A stretch of 64,000 nt of DNA, taken from positions 1 to 64,000 of the forward strand of contig CAVPCQ010000038.1 of NCBI GenBank assembly GCA_963702425.1, read 5' to 3'. The notes under the pieces are model-generated. The model was given only the letters and a program-made list of their open reading frames with translations. It was not told where the DNA came from and searched no databases. Source of the stretch: an uncultured Acidobacteriota bacterium. Lineage in GTDB: Bacteria; Acidobacteriota; Polarisedimenticolia; J045. Made by a program: the position numbers and the translations under genes. Below, piece after piece: positions 18,981 through 28,395 of the stretch (position 1 is its first letter; each line of letters begins with the position of its first letter).

Positions 18981-19139
18981 ATGCCGGCTGTGAAGAACCT
19001 GTGGATGATCTGGGACTTTCTCCGGGTCCGGAAGAAGTTCTGGCTGCTCCCGATCGTGGCGCTGCTCCTGCTCTTCGGGCTGCTGATCGTCCTGACCGAG
19101 GGCTCGGCGCTCGCGCCGTTCATCTACACGCTGTTCTGA
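18981..19139 (+). CDS. DUF5989 (SxtK-like) small membrane protein, absent from the ORF track
   Basis: Hand translation MPAVKNLWMIWDFLRVRKKFWLLPIVALLLLFGLLIVLTEGSALAPFIYTLF*; GGAG upstream. Confidence 0.9.
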   Translation: MPAVKNLWMIWDFLRVRKKFWLLPIVALLLLFGLLIVLTEGSALAPFIYTLF

Positions 19140-19192
19140 CCGGGCGGCCGCCGGGAGAGGTCCCCCGGGCGGTTTCCAAGGAGGCGAATCAC

Positions 19193-19843
19193 ATGAGAAG
19201 GACGACGATCGTCCTGTCGCTGGGTGTTCTGCTGTTTGCCGCCTGCGGTCCGCGCGAGGACGCGAAGGCCACCGCCCCCGCGTCCCGCGAGCCGGCGCCA
19301 CCGGCCGCCCCGGCGCTGGCAACTCCGCCCCCGGCCGCGCCCGCCGGCTTCGACAAGACGCTCGAGCTGCAAGGGATCACCTTCCACGTCACCTGCCCGA
19401 ACGGCTCGTCGCTCAACCAGGTGACGATCACGCCGGCCGGCCTCGAGATCGACAACTCGGCGATGGTGCGCGAGGCGGACGGCACGGTCGTCGGGGCGGA
19501 GATCGCCGACCTCAACGTCGACGGGTCGCCGGAGCTCTACGTCTACGTCCAGTCCGCCGGCAGCGGCTCGTACGGCTCGCTCGTGGCGTTCTCGGCCAAC
19601 AACAAGAAATCCCTGAGCGACATCGTCCTGCCGCCGGTCGCCGCCGACCCGAAGGCCTCGAAGGGCTACATGGGCCACGACGAGTTCGCGGTCGTCGAAT
19701 CGACGCTGGTGCAGCGCTTCCCGATCTACCGCGAGGGGGACGCGAACGCGCAGCCGAGCGGCAGGACGCGGCAGATCCAGTACAAGCTGAAGGCCGGCGA
19801 AGCGGGGTGGGTCCTCGAGGCGGACAAGATCGTCGAGTACTGA
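19193..19843 (+). CDS. Lipoprotein, PliI-like (I-type lysozyme inhibitor family)
   Basis: Lipobox LFAAC; ADLNVDGSPELYV..SAGSGSYG and GYMGHDEFAV motifs; AAGGAGG SD. Confidence 0.75.
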   Translation: MRRTTIVLSLGVLLFAACGPREDAKATAPASREPAPPAAPALATPPPAAPAGFDKTLELQGITFHVTCPNGSSLNQVTITPAGLEIDNSAMVREADGTVVGAEIADLNVDGSPELYVYVQSAGSGSYGSLVAFSANNKKSLSDIVLPPVAADPKASKGYMGHDEFAVVESTLVQRFPIYREGDANAQPSGRTRQIQYKLKAGEAGWVLEADKIVEY

Positions 19844-19889
19844 GGCGGCGGCATCCGTACCGACCCGGCCCGGTCGGACGGCCGCCGCT

Positions 19890-20384
19890 CTACGTCGAGT
19901 CTCGAAGAACGTCGCGGATCGCGCGAAGTTCGGCTTCCACCGTCCTGTCCTTCGGTCTCGACAGAGCACCTTTCACCTCGATGAGCTGGTCGAGGGCGAG
20001 GACCTTGAACAGCCGGTGCTCGACGAGTTCCATCTCGACCGTCTCCAGGTCTGCGTACTCCCCGACGGGCCGAACCTCACGGATGATGTCGACCCGCCCG
20101 AGATCCGTCGCCAACATCAAGAGCCGGTAGGTAGCGAGGCGCTCGGGGGGATCGGCAAGCTCGCCCAGATCGGGGCGCAGAACGTGCCTGGGATGAAGCG
20201 GACGGAGCGCATCGAGGAGGCGGGCGAGATTCTCGGCGGTCATCGGCGCGGCCAGGTCGAGATCACGGGTCAGCGTGCTGGCGCCGTGCGCGATGGCAGC
20301 GACCCCCCCGATCACGGCGAACTCGAAGCCGGCGTCCTGAAGGCGAGCCAGGAGCCGCTGGAGCCCGGGGTCGAGATCAGCCAT
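19890..20384 (-). CDS. Pol-beta-like nucleotidyltransferase (putative TA component)
   Basis: FAVIGGVAAIAHG..TRDLDL, GRVDI and LIEVK..RPKD. Confidence 0.8.
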   Translation of the reverse strand: MADLDPGLQRLLARLQDAGFEFAVIGGVAAIAHGASTLTRDLDLAAPMTAENLARLLDALRPLHPRHVLRPDLGELADPPERLATYRLLMLATDLGRVDIIREVRPVGEYADLETVEMELVEHRLFKVLALDQLIEVKGALSRPKDRTVEAELRAIRDVLRDST

Positions 20385-20679
20385 GGCGATCCGCGCCGTC
20401 GGGGTCCAGCGCCTGGGACTTCTCCCTCAGGCGCCGGGCCTCCATCGCGCGCCGGACCGGTTCGGACACGGTGCGCCGCTGGACGTCGTCGAGGAGCCGG
20501 TTCTGCTCGTCCAGGAGGCGGAGCCTCTCCTTCGGTGACAGCGCGAGGTTCTCCAGCAGCAGCGCGACATCGACGCCGGCCGTGACGGCAGCGTCCCAAT
20601 CCGGGCCGAAGCTGCGGATCATGCGTCCTGCATCCGCAGTCGTGCGAATGGTGTCGAGTTCAGGTCTCTCGGCCGGCAT
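20377..20679 (-). CDS. Small protein coupled to the nucleotidyltransferase (putative antitoxin/partner)
   Basis: GVDVALLLENLALSPKERL; 8-nt overlap with the NTase; TATCCT 7 nt upstream of ATG. Confidence 0.65.
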   Translation of the reverse strand: MPAERPELDTIRTTADAGRMIRSFGPDWDAAVTAGVDVALLLENLALSPKERLRLLDEQNRLLDDVQRRTVSEPVRRAMEARRLREKSQALDPDGADRHG

Positions 20680-20705
20680 GAGGCGCAGGATAGCAGCCGG
20701 TCCGG

Positions 20706-23142
20706 TCAGAACGCACCCACCGCCACCTTGTAGAACGCCAGCACCGGCCCCGAGCCGTCCGCGCCGACGACCCAGGCGACGCCGGGGTTGCGGCTGTAGC
20801 CGTACGCGATCGTCGCGCTCGACGGCAGCGCACGCGAGAAGAGCAGCGTGATCGTGGCCCCGCTCGCGGTCTGAGAGCTTGGCTGCACCGGGACCGCGCC
20901 GTCGTAAGCGCGGAACAGGCCGGGGATGCCGCCGGTCACGTTCTTGTCCCAGCGCACCTCGATCTGCGTGCGCGCCCCGTCGCTGAACTTCGCTGCGACC
21001 AACTTCGGCACCTGGACCGCCGGCTGCCCGTACGAACCGGCGCGCACCACCCGCGCCAGCCGCACGCCCGCGGTCTTGTAGCCGTCCACGCTGAGGTGGA
21101 TCGAGTCCGAGCGCGGCTGGTCGATCAGCGGGATCACGCCGGCGAGGGGATCGAGCCCCTGCCGGCGCTGCGCCTCCTGGATCGGCAGCCAGGTCTCGAA
21201 GTCCTCGGTCAGATAGGTCGCCAGCTGGCAGTTGCCGAAGAAGAGGCTGGGGCTGCCGAGATCGGTGCGCAGGTTCGCGACCAGCGCGCGGAGGTCGGCG
21301 AGGTAGAGGTCGGTCCCGCGGCCGGCGTCCGACTCGCCCTGGTACCAGAGCGCGCCGCGGATCGGGTGAGCGTAGCCCTGCGCCCGGACGCGCGAGACCG
21401 CCGATCCGTAGAGCGTGCCGCGGTTGAACGGGTCGGCCGCGTTGCGCTGCCACTGGCTGTAGAGATTGGTCCCGCCGAGCGGGGCCGGAATGATCGCTAC
21501 CGGCACGCCGACCGTTCTCTCGATCTCCTTGCCGAAGCGGAGCATCAGCGTGTGGAGCGGGGCCTCCTCGCTGACGCGATCGACCTGGTCCGTGCCGTCG
21601 TCCATCGGCTCGCGGGCGCGCTTCCAGGCATAGTCGTTGCCGAACAGGTGCACGCGATCGATCGGCGGCTCGGCCGGTTCGAGCGAGCCGGAGTAGCCCG
21701 ACATGTTCGACTGGCCGATCGCCAGGAAGACGTCGCCGACCGCGATCTCCGTCACCGTGTCGCTGCCCAGCACCGTCCCGGCCGCGACGTCGACGAGTCG
21801 CGCCTCGAGGTCGTAGTTGCCGCCCGCCGGGACGGCCTCGAGCGCGAAGGACGCGGTGGCGCCCGCGGGAGCGGCCGAGAGCGGGAAGGCGTGGTCGGCC
21901 CAGTCGAAGCCGGGCAGGGGGGCGCCGTTCGTGCTCACGACGACCCGCACCTCCAGCCGCGCCGCACCGTCCGCGCGGTAAGCGACCGGCACCGGCAGCG
22001 GGGCGCGCCCGTCCGGTCCGCGCTGGAACAGCTTCCACTCGACGAGGCCGTCGTGCGCCCGGAAGATCGCCAGCGCCGCGGCCGGCAGCGCCTTCTCCGC
22101 GGTGACGCGCAGCAGCGGGCGCCGCCCGTCGACGAGGTCCGAGAGGCCGAGGCCGCGCCCGAACAGGCGGTGATCGTCGGCGATCGTGAAGACGCCGACG
22201 TCGAGGTCCCAGCCCGTGCCGTTCCAGCGATCGAGGCGAAGCGTCGACTGCGTCCCGAAGTCCTTCGCCAACCGCAGGCGCATCCGGCCCGGCGCGCCCA
22301 GCGAGGCCTGCCCGAGCGCCGTGAACTCGCGGCCGCGCCGCACCCACGCGAACGCGGTGCCCGTCGCGTCGACGCGGAACAGCACCCCGCCGCCGGCGTT
22401 CTCGGCGTAGCTCCCCTCGTTCCAGAGGTTGATCTCGAACTGGGCGGCCAGCGAGGTCGTGTCGAGGTAGGCGACCTGCGCCCGTTGCGGGCCGTCCTGG
22501 GGCAGGCGGTCGAAGACGTCGACGCAGCCCTGGCCCGAGCCGTCGTACGACACGGCGAGGTCGCCCGCGACGTCGCGCACCGCGAAGGTCGCGTTGACCG
22601 CGCCGCGACTGCGTCATGTCGGCCGGGCGCTGGCCCGGAAGGTCACCGTCGAAGGTGTAGGTCTTCGGGTCGCAGGCGTCGCCCAGCCCGTCGGCGTTCT
22701 GGTCGGCCTGCGACGGGTTGGTCGCGCCGGGGCAGTTGTCCCGGTCGTCGCGCACGAGGTCGCCGTCGTCGTCGGCGCAGCGCACGGCGGGAGCGCGCGG
22801 GGTGCCGTCGGAGGCGTCGCCCAGGGACCCCTCGCCGTCGGAGTTCCAGGCTGCGACGAGATAGGAGAAAAGCACTCCGGGGGTGTCGGGGTCGGCGGCC
22901 GACAGGTCGGAGGTCCGGAAGACGAGGCACGAGAGGTCGGCCCCGTCCGCACGTGCGCCGCGGTAGAGGTCGTACCGCTCCGCCCCGGCGACCGGGTCCC
23001 AGCGCAGCGTGGCGCGGTCGGGATCGACGCGCAGCGTCGGGCCGACCTCCGGGGGGCGCTGGGCCCGCGCGGCGGGCGAACCGAGCGTGCCTGCGAGCAG
23101 GAGCGCAGCGCAAGCCGTACGAGCCAGGCGGACCGCGACCAT
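20706..23142 (-). CDS. Secreted sialate O-acetylesterase (SASA)-domain protein with TSP3-like repeat; frameshifted near 22605-22612
   Basis: Signal peptide, DNCPGATNPSQADQNADGLGDACD; after the shift GQSNMSG, WYQGESD and DSIHL (SGNH/SASA). Confidence 0.8.
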
Positions 23143-23244
23143 CGAACCTCCCCGAAGACCCATGGATATACGGCGAACCGGGGCGGGAAGACGGCCTTGG
23201 TGGCGAAAGCCGGTCGTCCGTGGTCCGCCCCCAAGCGGGCCCAT

Positions 23245-25116
23245 CTAGCGAGGATCGGCGTCCAGCGACGCGATCGCCCGCGCGACCTCGCGGCGCGCCT
23301 CGTCGTAGCGCGCCAGCGGCCACGACTTGGGGCCGTCGATCCACTTCCCGGTGCCGCCGTCGACGCGGCCGATCTCCTTGACGCGGTCGGCGATCTCGCC
23401 GCGCAGCCGATCGAGCGTCAGCTGCGCCGCCTGCCGCACCGCCGGCTTCCCGCGCCCCTCCGCCAGCGCCCGCTCCAGCGCCTCGAGGTACTTCAGGTCG
23501 TCGATCCCCTCGCGCGACGCTTCCCAGTCGCGCAGGAAGCAGCGCGACTCGCCGCACGGTGCGGAGGCCGGTTCCCAGGCCCAGAACATCACGTTGTCGA
23601 GGCCCAGCTTCCAGGCCAGGAAGCCGGCCTGGTAGCGCACCCCTTCCGGACGGTTGCCGTAGATGTTGATGTAGGTTCCGTAGCGGTCGCCGGCCGCGCG
23701 GGTGCGCTCGCGCGTCTCGGGCCCGAGGTAGCGATTGTGGTACGAGCGCGTCTTCAGGTACGGCTCGAGCCGCAGCGCCGGCTCGTCGCCGACCGGCTGG
23801 AACCAGAGCGCGCTTTCGTCCGGCTCGGAAACGGTCGGCTCGTTGCAGGTGATGAACGAGTCGGCGCCGGCCTCCGCGGCAGCGCGCACCATCGCCATCG
23901 CCAGCCGGAACGAGCCGCGCGTCTGGTGCGGCTCGTCGACGAGGTAGTAGAAGAAGGGCTGCCAGCCGCGTCGCGCGGCCTCGGCGTCGAGCGTCTTCAT
24001 CCCGGCCACCCAGCCCTCGAACACGAAGCGGCCGAAGCTCGTGTCGGGCGGACCGTACGGGTCCTTCGAGGGACGGTAGGGGCCCTTCCAGCGCTCGACC
24101 CCTTCGATCGGCTCGCCCCCCTCGTACAGGAACATGAAGCCGGCGTTGTAGTCGAGGCCGCCGGCTGCCTTCTCCGGCACCGGAACCCCGGACATCTTGA
24201 GGCCGGCGACGGTCGAGCGGACCATGTACTGGTAGAGCATGATCCCGACCGGGTGCGAGAGGCCCAGCCCGGCCTGCCGCGCCGTCTCCACGGCGGTGAT
24301 CGTCGGCGCGAAACCATCGTCGAAGACGAAGCTCGTGCCCGCGAGGCGCGGGATCGACTGCTTCGGCCAGCCCGGGTTGACGCAGATCGTGTTCATCCCG
24401 TGGGCGCGGCAGTCGGTGAAGGTGGCGGCGGAGAGCGGCCAGTTGTCGCCGTAGACCCACAGCGCCGGCCGCGCCTCGCCGAGCCGGAAGGGATAGACCT
24501 CGACCTCCAGCGGCAGCGCCGCCAGTTCGGCGCCGTCCGCGACCAGCGCGAGCGAGCCGCGGTAGCTGCCCGCCGCCGCGTCGTCGGGGGCGTGCAGCGT
24601 GATCCAGTAGGCGCGAGTCGTGGCCGCCGCGAGATCGGCGCCGGCCGCCTCCTGCGGGTCGAGGAAGCCCGGGTGCCGCGGGTGCTCCTTGAGCTTCGGC
24701 CAGCGCTCGCGCGGCTCGATCATCCGCACCACGCGGACGTCCAGCGCCGCCGCCGGGATCGTGGCGCCGCCGGGGCCCGCGAGCGCGGACGGCACGAGCC
24801 GCAGGCCGCGCAGACCGTCGCGCACGCGGACCCCCACGCTGGCCGGCTCGTACTCCCCGGGAGTCAGGGCGAGGCGAACCGTTCCCCCCAGCTCGGCCAG
24901 CGCCGGGAGGTCCTCCTCGTAGATCGGCGCCATCCAGTCGCGGGAGAAGAGCGCCACGCGCGGGAGGTCCGCGTCGGTCGGGCCGGGCGCGCCGCAACCC
25001 GCCGTCAGCAGGCCGGCGAGGCCGGCGAGGCCCGCGAGGACGGCGACCCCGGCGACGCGTCGGAGACGGATCGGCCGGTCGGAAACGGTGGCGCAACGCG
25101 GCGAACGGGGGTCCAT
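23245..25116 (-). CDS. Lipoprotein, putative glycoside hydrolase (DUF4091/GH123-like)
   Basis: Lipobox LLTAGC; GEYEPAS, YWITLHAP..AAAGSYRG, YLVDEP and WEASREGIDDLKYL. Confidence 0.65.
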   Translation of the reverse strand: MDPRSPRCATVSDRPIRLRRVAGVAVLAGLAGLAGLLTAGCGAPGPTDADLPRVALFSRDWMAPIYEEDLPALAELGGTVRLALTPGEYEPASVGVRVRDGLRGLRLVPSALAGPGGATIPAAALDVRVVRMIEPRERWPKLKEHPRHPGFLDPQEAAGADLAAATTRAYWITLHAPDDAAAGSYRGSLALVADGAELAALPLEVEVYPFRLGEARPALWVYGDNWPLSAATFTDCRAHGMNTICVNPGWPKQSIPRLAGTSFVFDDGFAPTITAVETARQAGLGLSHPVGIMLYQYMVRSTVAGLKMSGVPVPEKAAGGLDYNAGFMFLYEGGEPIEGVERWKGPYRPSKDPYGPPDTSFGRFVFEGWVAGMKTLDAEAARRGWQPFFYYLVDEPHQTRGSFRLAMAMVRAAAEAGADSFITCNEPTVSEPDESALWFQPVGDEPALRLEPYLKTRSYHNRYLGPETRERTRAAGDRYGTYINIYGNRPEGVRYQAGFLAWKLGLDNVMFWAWEPASAPCGESRCFLRDWEASREGIDDLKYLEALERALAEGRGKPAVRQAAQLTLDRLRGEIADRVKEIGRVDGGTGKWIDGPKSWPLARYDEARREVARAIASLDADPR

Positions 25117-25189
25117 GGAAATCCCAGAGTGTACCGTCACCGGCGCCGGGGGGAAGGACTGCGTACATTCAGGCACCCGTGGGCCGACC

Positions 25190-26614
25190 ATGAACGAATT
25201 CCCCGAGCGCCACCCATTCGCCGTGCCGGAGATCGACTGGACGGCCGCCCGCGCCCTCGTGCGCGAGCGGATCCGGCGGCAGTGGCCCGCCGTCGGCGAT
25301 GCGGAACTCGGCGAGCGGACCGACGATGCGCTGGTCCGGCTGGCACGCCGGCTGCGGGCCGACCTGCCCCCGCCGAGCGAGGAGGCGATGGCCGGTGCGG
25401 TGGCCCGCTCGCTGCTCGAGCAGCTGCGCGGCCGGCGCCGCTGGCTGGCTCTCCACGCCCTCGTCTCTGGCGCGCCCGGCCGTGCGCGCGAATTGCCCGA
25501 GCCGCTCGGAGATCCGCTCGAGCGCTTCCGCTTCCTGGCGCTGGCGGCGGTCGCCCAGCCGGACGCCGATCCGGGGGCGCACGATCGCGTGCGCCTGGCG
25601 ATCGAGGGTCATCCGATGCCTCCCGTCGCGCTGCCGGAGGAGACATCGCTCGAGGGACCGCGCCTCGCGCGCCGGTTCGCGCGCACGCTGGCGCACGATC
25701 CCGCGTTCGCACCGCTCGCCTCCTGGAGCGCCCGCGCCGTGGCGTCCGGCGTACCGACCGACGAGATCGCCGCGCAGGCCTGGTTCGGCGCCCGCATCCT
25801 CCCGTTCCTGACCGGCCTGCTGCGCCCGGCCGAGGACGCGCTCTTCCGCGAGTTCGGCGACCGCGACGCGCACTGCCGCTACGCCTTCGCGCCGTTCGCG
25901 GAGGGGGCGGGCGAGCCCGCGGACGTCGAGGGGCACGTCCCGCCGCCGGTCCTCGCACGCTGGACCGGGGCACCGCTGGATCTCGGCCCGGCCGAGTCGC
26001 ACGCCGTGCGCGAGCACCTCGCTGGCTGTGGCGAGTGCCGCGACGACCTGGCGGCGCTCGGATGCGATGCCGGTGCCCTGGAGCCAAGCCGCACGTCCGC
26101 GCGGCGCCCGCCCTGGCCGCGGCACCGGCGTGACCGGGCGCTGACCGGGTGGGCGGTGACGGCGACCGTGGCCGCGGTCGTCCTGGGCGTGCTGCTGCTG
26201 CGGTCGGCGTCCCGGACGAGTCCCGTCGCCGGTGCGGGTGGGCCGGGACCGGCCGGCGGCGCTGTCGCCGCGGTGGAGCCGGTGGGTGCGCCGCACGTCG
26301 TACTGTCCGGTACGAGGCGTCCGCCCGCGTCGCTCTTGCCGCCGATCGCTCTCGCCGGCGGTGAGCCGCTCTTCGTGCGCCTTCCCGACGTTCCGGCGGC
26401 GGTGCAGTCGATCGTCGTCGAGCTCGACGACGCGACGGGCCGGCCGCTGGTCCGCGAGCGCCTGCCGGTGGCCCGCGTCAACGCCGCCTTCCAGCTCGCG
26501 ATCCGGCCCGCCACGCCCTGGAGGAGCGGAAACTATCGGCTGCGCGTGCTGGCCGCCGACGGCGAGACTCCGCTGTTCGACCGGCCGCTCGCGATCCGCA
26601 CCGCGGGCGAGTGA
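25190..26614 (+). CDS. Membrane protein with zf-HC2 (anti-sigma-like) motif and helical N-terminal region
   Basis: EHLAGCGECR motif followed by one TM helix and an extracytoplasmic beta domain. Confidence 0.55.
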   Translation: MNEFPERHPFAVPEIDWTAARALVRERIRRQWPAVGDAELGERTDDALVRLARRLRADLPPPSEEAMAGAVARSLLEQLRGRRRWLALHALVSGAPGRARELPEPLGDPLERFRFLALAAVAQPDADPGAHDRVRLAIEGHPMPPVALPEETSLEGPRLARRFARTLAHDPAFAPLASWSARAVASGVPTDEIAAQAWFGARILPFLTGLLRPAEDALFREFGDRDAHCRYAFAPFAEGAGEPADVEGHVPPPVLARWTGAPLDLGPAESHAVREHLAGCGECRDDLAALGCDAGALEPSRTSARRPPWPRHRRDRALTGWAVTATVAAVVLGVLLLRSASRTSPVAGAGGPGPAGGAVAAVEPVGAPHVVLSGTRRPPASLLPPIALAGGEPLFVRLPDVPAAVQSIVVELDDATGRPLVRERLPVARVNAAFQLAIRPATPWRSGNYRLRVLAADGETPLFDRPLAIRTAGE

Positions 26615-26636
26615 CCCCGACGCGGCGCTCTCCGCG

Positions 26637-27062
26637 TCAAGGCTGCCACCACTCGATCTGCTCGACCGCCGCGTTGAAGACGTAGACCCGCACGTTGTTG
26701 CACTCGGGGTCGGAGGGGATGACGAAGAAACCGCGTTTGGCCGGGCTGTAGCCGACGGTGAAGCCTCGTAGGATTTCGCCATCCTTGAAATGCACGATCA
26801 CCTTGCGGCCCTGGCCGCGCGCGTCGGCCAGCTCGTCCTGCAGCTGGCGCGTCGCGTCGCCGCTGAAGGTGCGCACGAAGAAGACCGCCTTGAGGTCGAC
26901 GAGCGCGACCTTGACCGCCGGCCGGCTCTCGTCGCCGTCTTCGTGAATGTGGATCTCCGGGCGGTCGGGGTAGAAGTCGTGCGTTGTACCCTTGAGCAGC
27001 CGCCCGTCCATGAAGCGCAGCACCACCATCCCGAGTTTGGCCGGGGTGAGCGTCGGGTTCAT
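26637..27062 (-). CDS. DUF6982-like protein
   Basis: Duplicated V.F.DG..L.G.T..(F/Y) motif; LKAVFFVRTF and GFFVIPSD..NN.RVYV; GGAGGAGG SD. Confidence 0.75.
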   Translation of the reverse strand: MNPTLTPAKLGMVVLRFMDGRLLKGTTHDFYPDRPEIHIHEDGDESRPAVKVALVDLKAVFFVRTFSGDATRQLQDELADARGQGRKVIVHFKDGEILRGFTVGYSPAKRGFFVIPSDPECNNVRVYVFNAAVEQIEWWQP

Positions 27063-27085
27063 GACCGCCCTCCTCCCGGACTAAT

Positions 27086-27111
27086 GTAGGGGCCGGCCTC
27101 CGTGCCGGCCC
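27086..27111 (+). repeat. REP-like palindrome, GTAG class
   Basis: GTAGGGGCCGGCCTCCGTGCCGGCCC; same family as 40674-40789 and 49598-49715. Confidence 0.8.
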
Positions 27112-27285
27112 GTCCGGAACCCGTCTGGCTCCGGGCGGCCCGAAAGGCCCGCCGCACCCGGGTTTCGGCCGCCCCCGAGCTTGACCCCGGCGACCCCCCC
27201 CCGGGCCGCCGCGCTCGCTGACCCGGCCGCCCCCCGGGGGGCGCGCACCGGGCGGGCGCTCCTGCCCCTGCGGGGTCGCGCCCGG

Positions 27286-28290
27286 TCACGGCGTCTCCAC
27301 CGCCACCGGCGCCGCAGCCGCCGCCAGCTCGGCCACGACCTCTTCCACCCGCTCCTCGTAGCGTGGCGAGACGTGCAGCGGCACCACCGTGCCCGCGCCC
27401 GCCGCGCGCGCGATCCGTCCCGCGATCGCCGCCGTCAGGTGGGCGTTGCGTTGCGCGAGCGCGTGATCGGCCTCGAGGTAGTGAGCCTCGATCACGAGTC
27501 GGTGGACGCCGCGGGCCAGCTCGACGATCGCCGCGACGTTCGCCTCGTCCGGGGCGGCGTCGCACGCATACGCCAGCGTGTCCCCCTCGGTGATGCGCAC
27601 CAGCCGTGCGCGCAGCTCGCCGACCGGCAGCACGCGCCCGTCCGGCAGCGCGATCGGCTCGTCGTCGGTCGCGCCGCGACGCACCGCGGCCTTGAGCGCG
27701 CCGAGCCACGGCCCGGCCGCGAGGCCGAGCCGCTCGACCTCGACCGGATCGACGTTGAGCCCGCGCCGCTCCTCGACGCGATAGGCGATCGAGGGGATGC
27801 CTCCGTGGTCGAGCACCGCGGCGCGGACCTCCAGCAGCTCGTCGGCCAGCACCGGCCCCTCGCCCGGCGCCGGCCCACGGGCGATCGCATACGGCTCGAA
27901 CCCGGCCGAGGACGGGAAACGCCAGGTCTCGGTCCGATCGGCATGGACCTCGACCACCGTCAGGTCGAGCGGGAACGCCTCGACCAGATTCCAGGCGTAT
28001 CCCCCGAGGTGGCTGCGCACGTGGGCGGCCAGTCCCGGTGGCCCGACGAGGCGCAGCGGACGCTCGGGCCGGCCCAGCCGGGCACGCAGCAGCCGGGCCA
28101 GCCCGAAGACGTGGTCGACGTGGGCGTGGGTCACCAGCACATCGGCCGCGTCGAGCAGGGTGCGCGGCGTCAACGACGCGGCATCTCCGGCGTCGAGGAG
28201 GAGCAGGCGCGGCAGCCACGGAACGCGCACGACGACCAGCGGATCGCCGACGAGGCCGTTGGGGAGCGCAATCCGGAAGCCGCGACGCAT
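27286..28290 (-). CDS. Ribonuclease Z-like MBL-fold metallohydrolase
   Basis: NGLVGDP, LLDAGD, THAHVDH, LDHGGIPSIAYR, YACD, AHLT and LHVSPRY. Confidence 0.85.
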   Translation of the reverse strand: MRRGFRIALPNGLVGDPLVVVRVPWLPRLLLLDAGDAASLTPRTLLDAADVLVTHAHVDHVFGLARLLRARLGRPERPLRLVGPPGLAAHVRSHLGGYAWNLVEAFPLDLTVVEVHADRTETWRFPSSAGFEPYAIARGPAPGEGPVLADELLEVRAAVLDHGGIPSIAYRVEERRGLNVDPVEVERLGLAAGPWLGALKAAVRRGATDDEPIALPDGRVLPVGELRARLVRITEGDTLAYACDAAPDEANVAAIVELARGVHRLVIEAHYLEADHALAQRNAHLTAAIAGRIARAAGAGTVVPLHVSPRYEERVEEVVAELAAAAAPVAVETP

Positions 28291-28395
28291 CGCGCGCTAG
28301 GATAGCGAACACCGGGTTGTGGGGCAGGGCGGCCAAGACTACCCTTGCCCGTCACGCCCCGACCCGCGCCGCGCGCGCCCCCCAATGGATCGATC

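Noticed and set aside
16694..19139. Saxitoxin biosynthesis
   Set aside because: Only sxtI/J/K-like genes are present, with no sxtA, sxtG or other core genes; the trio is widespread in non-producers
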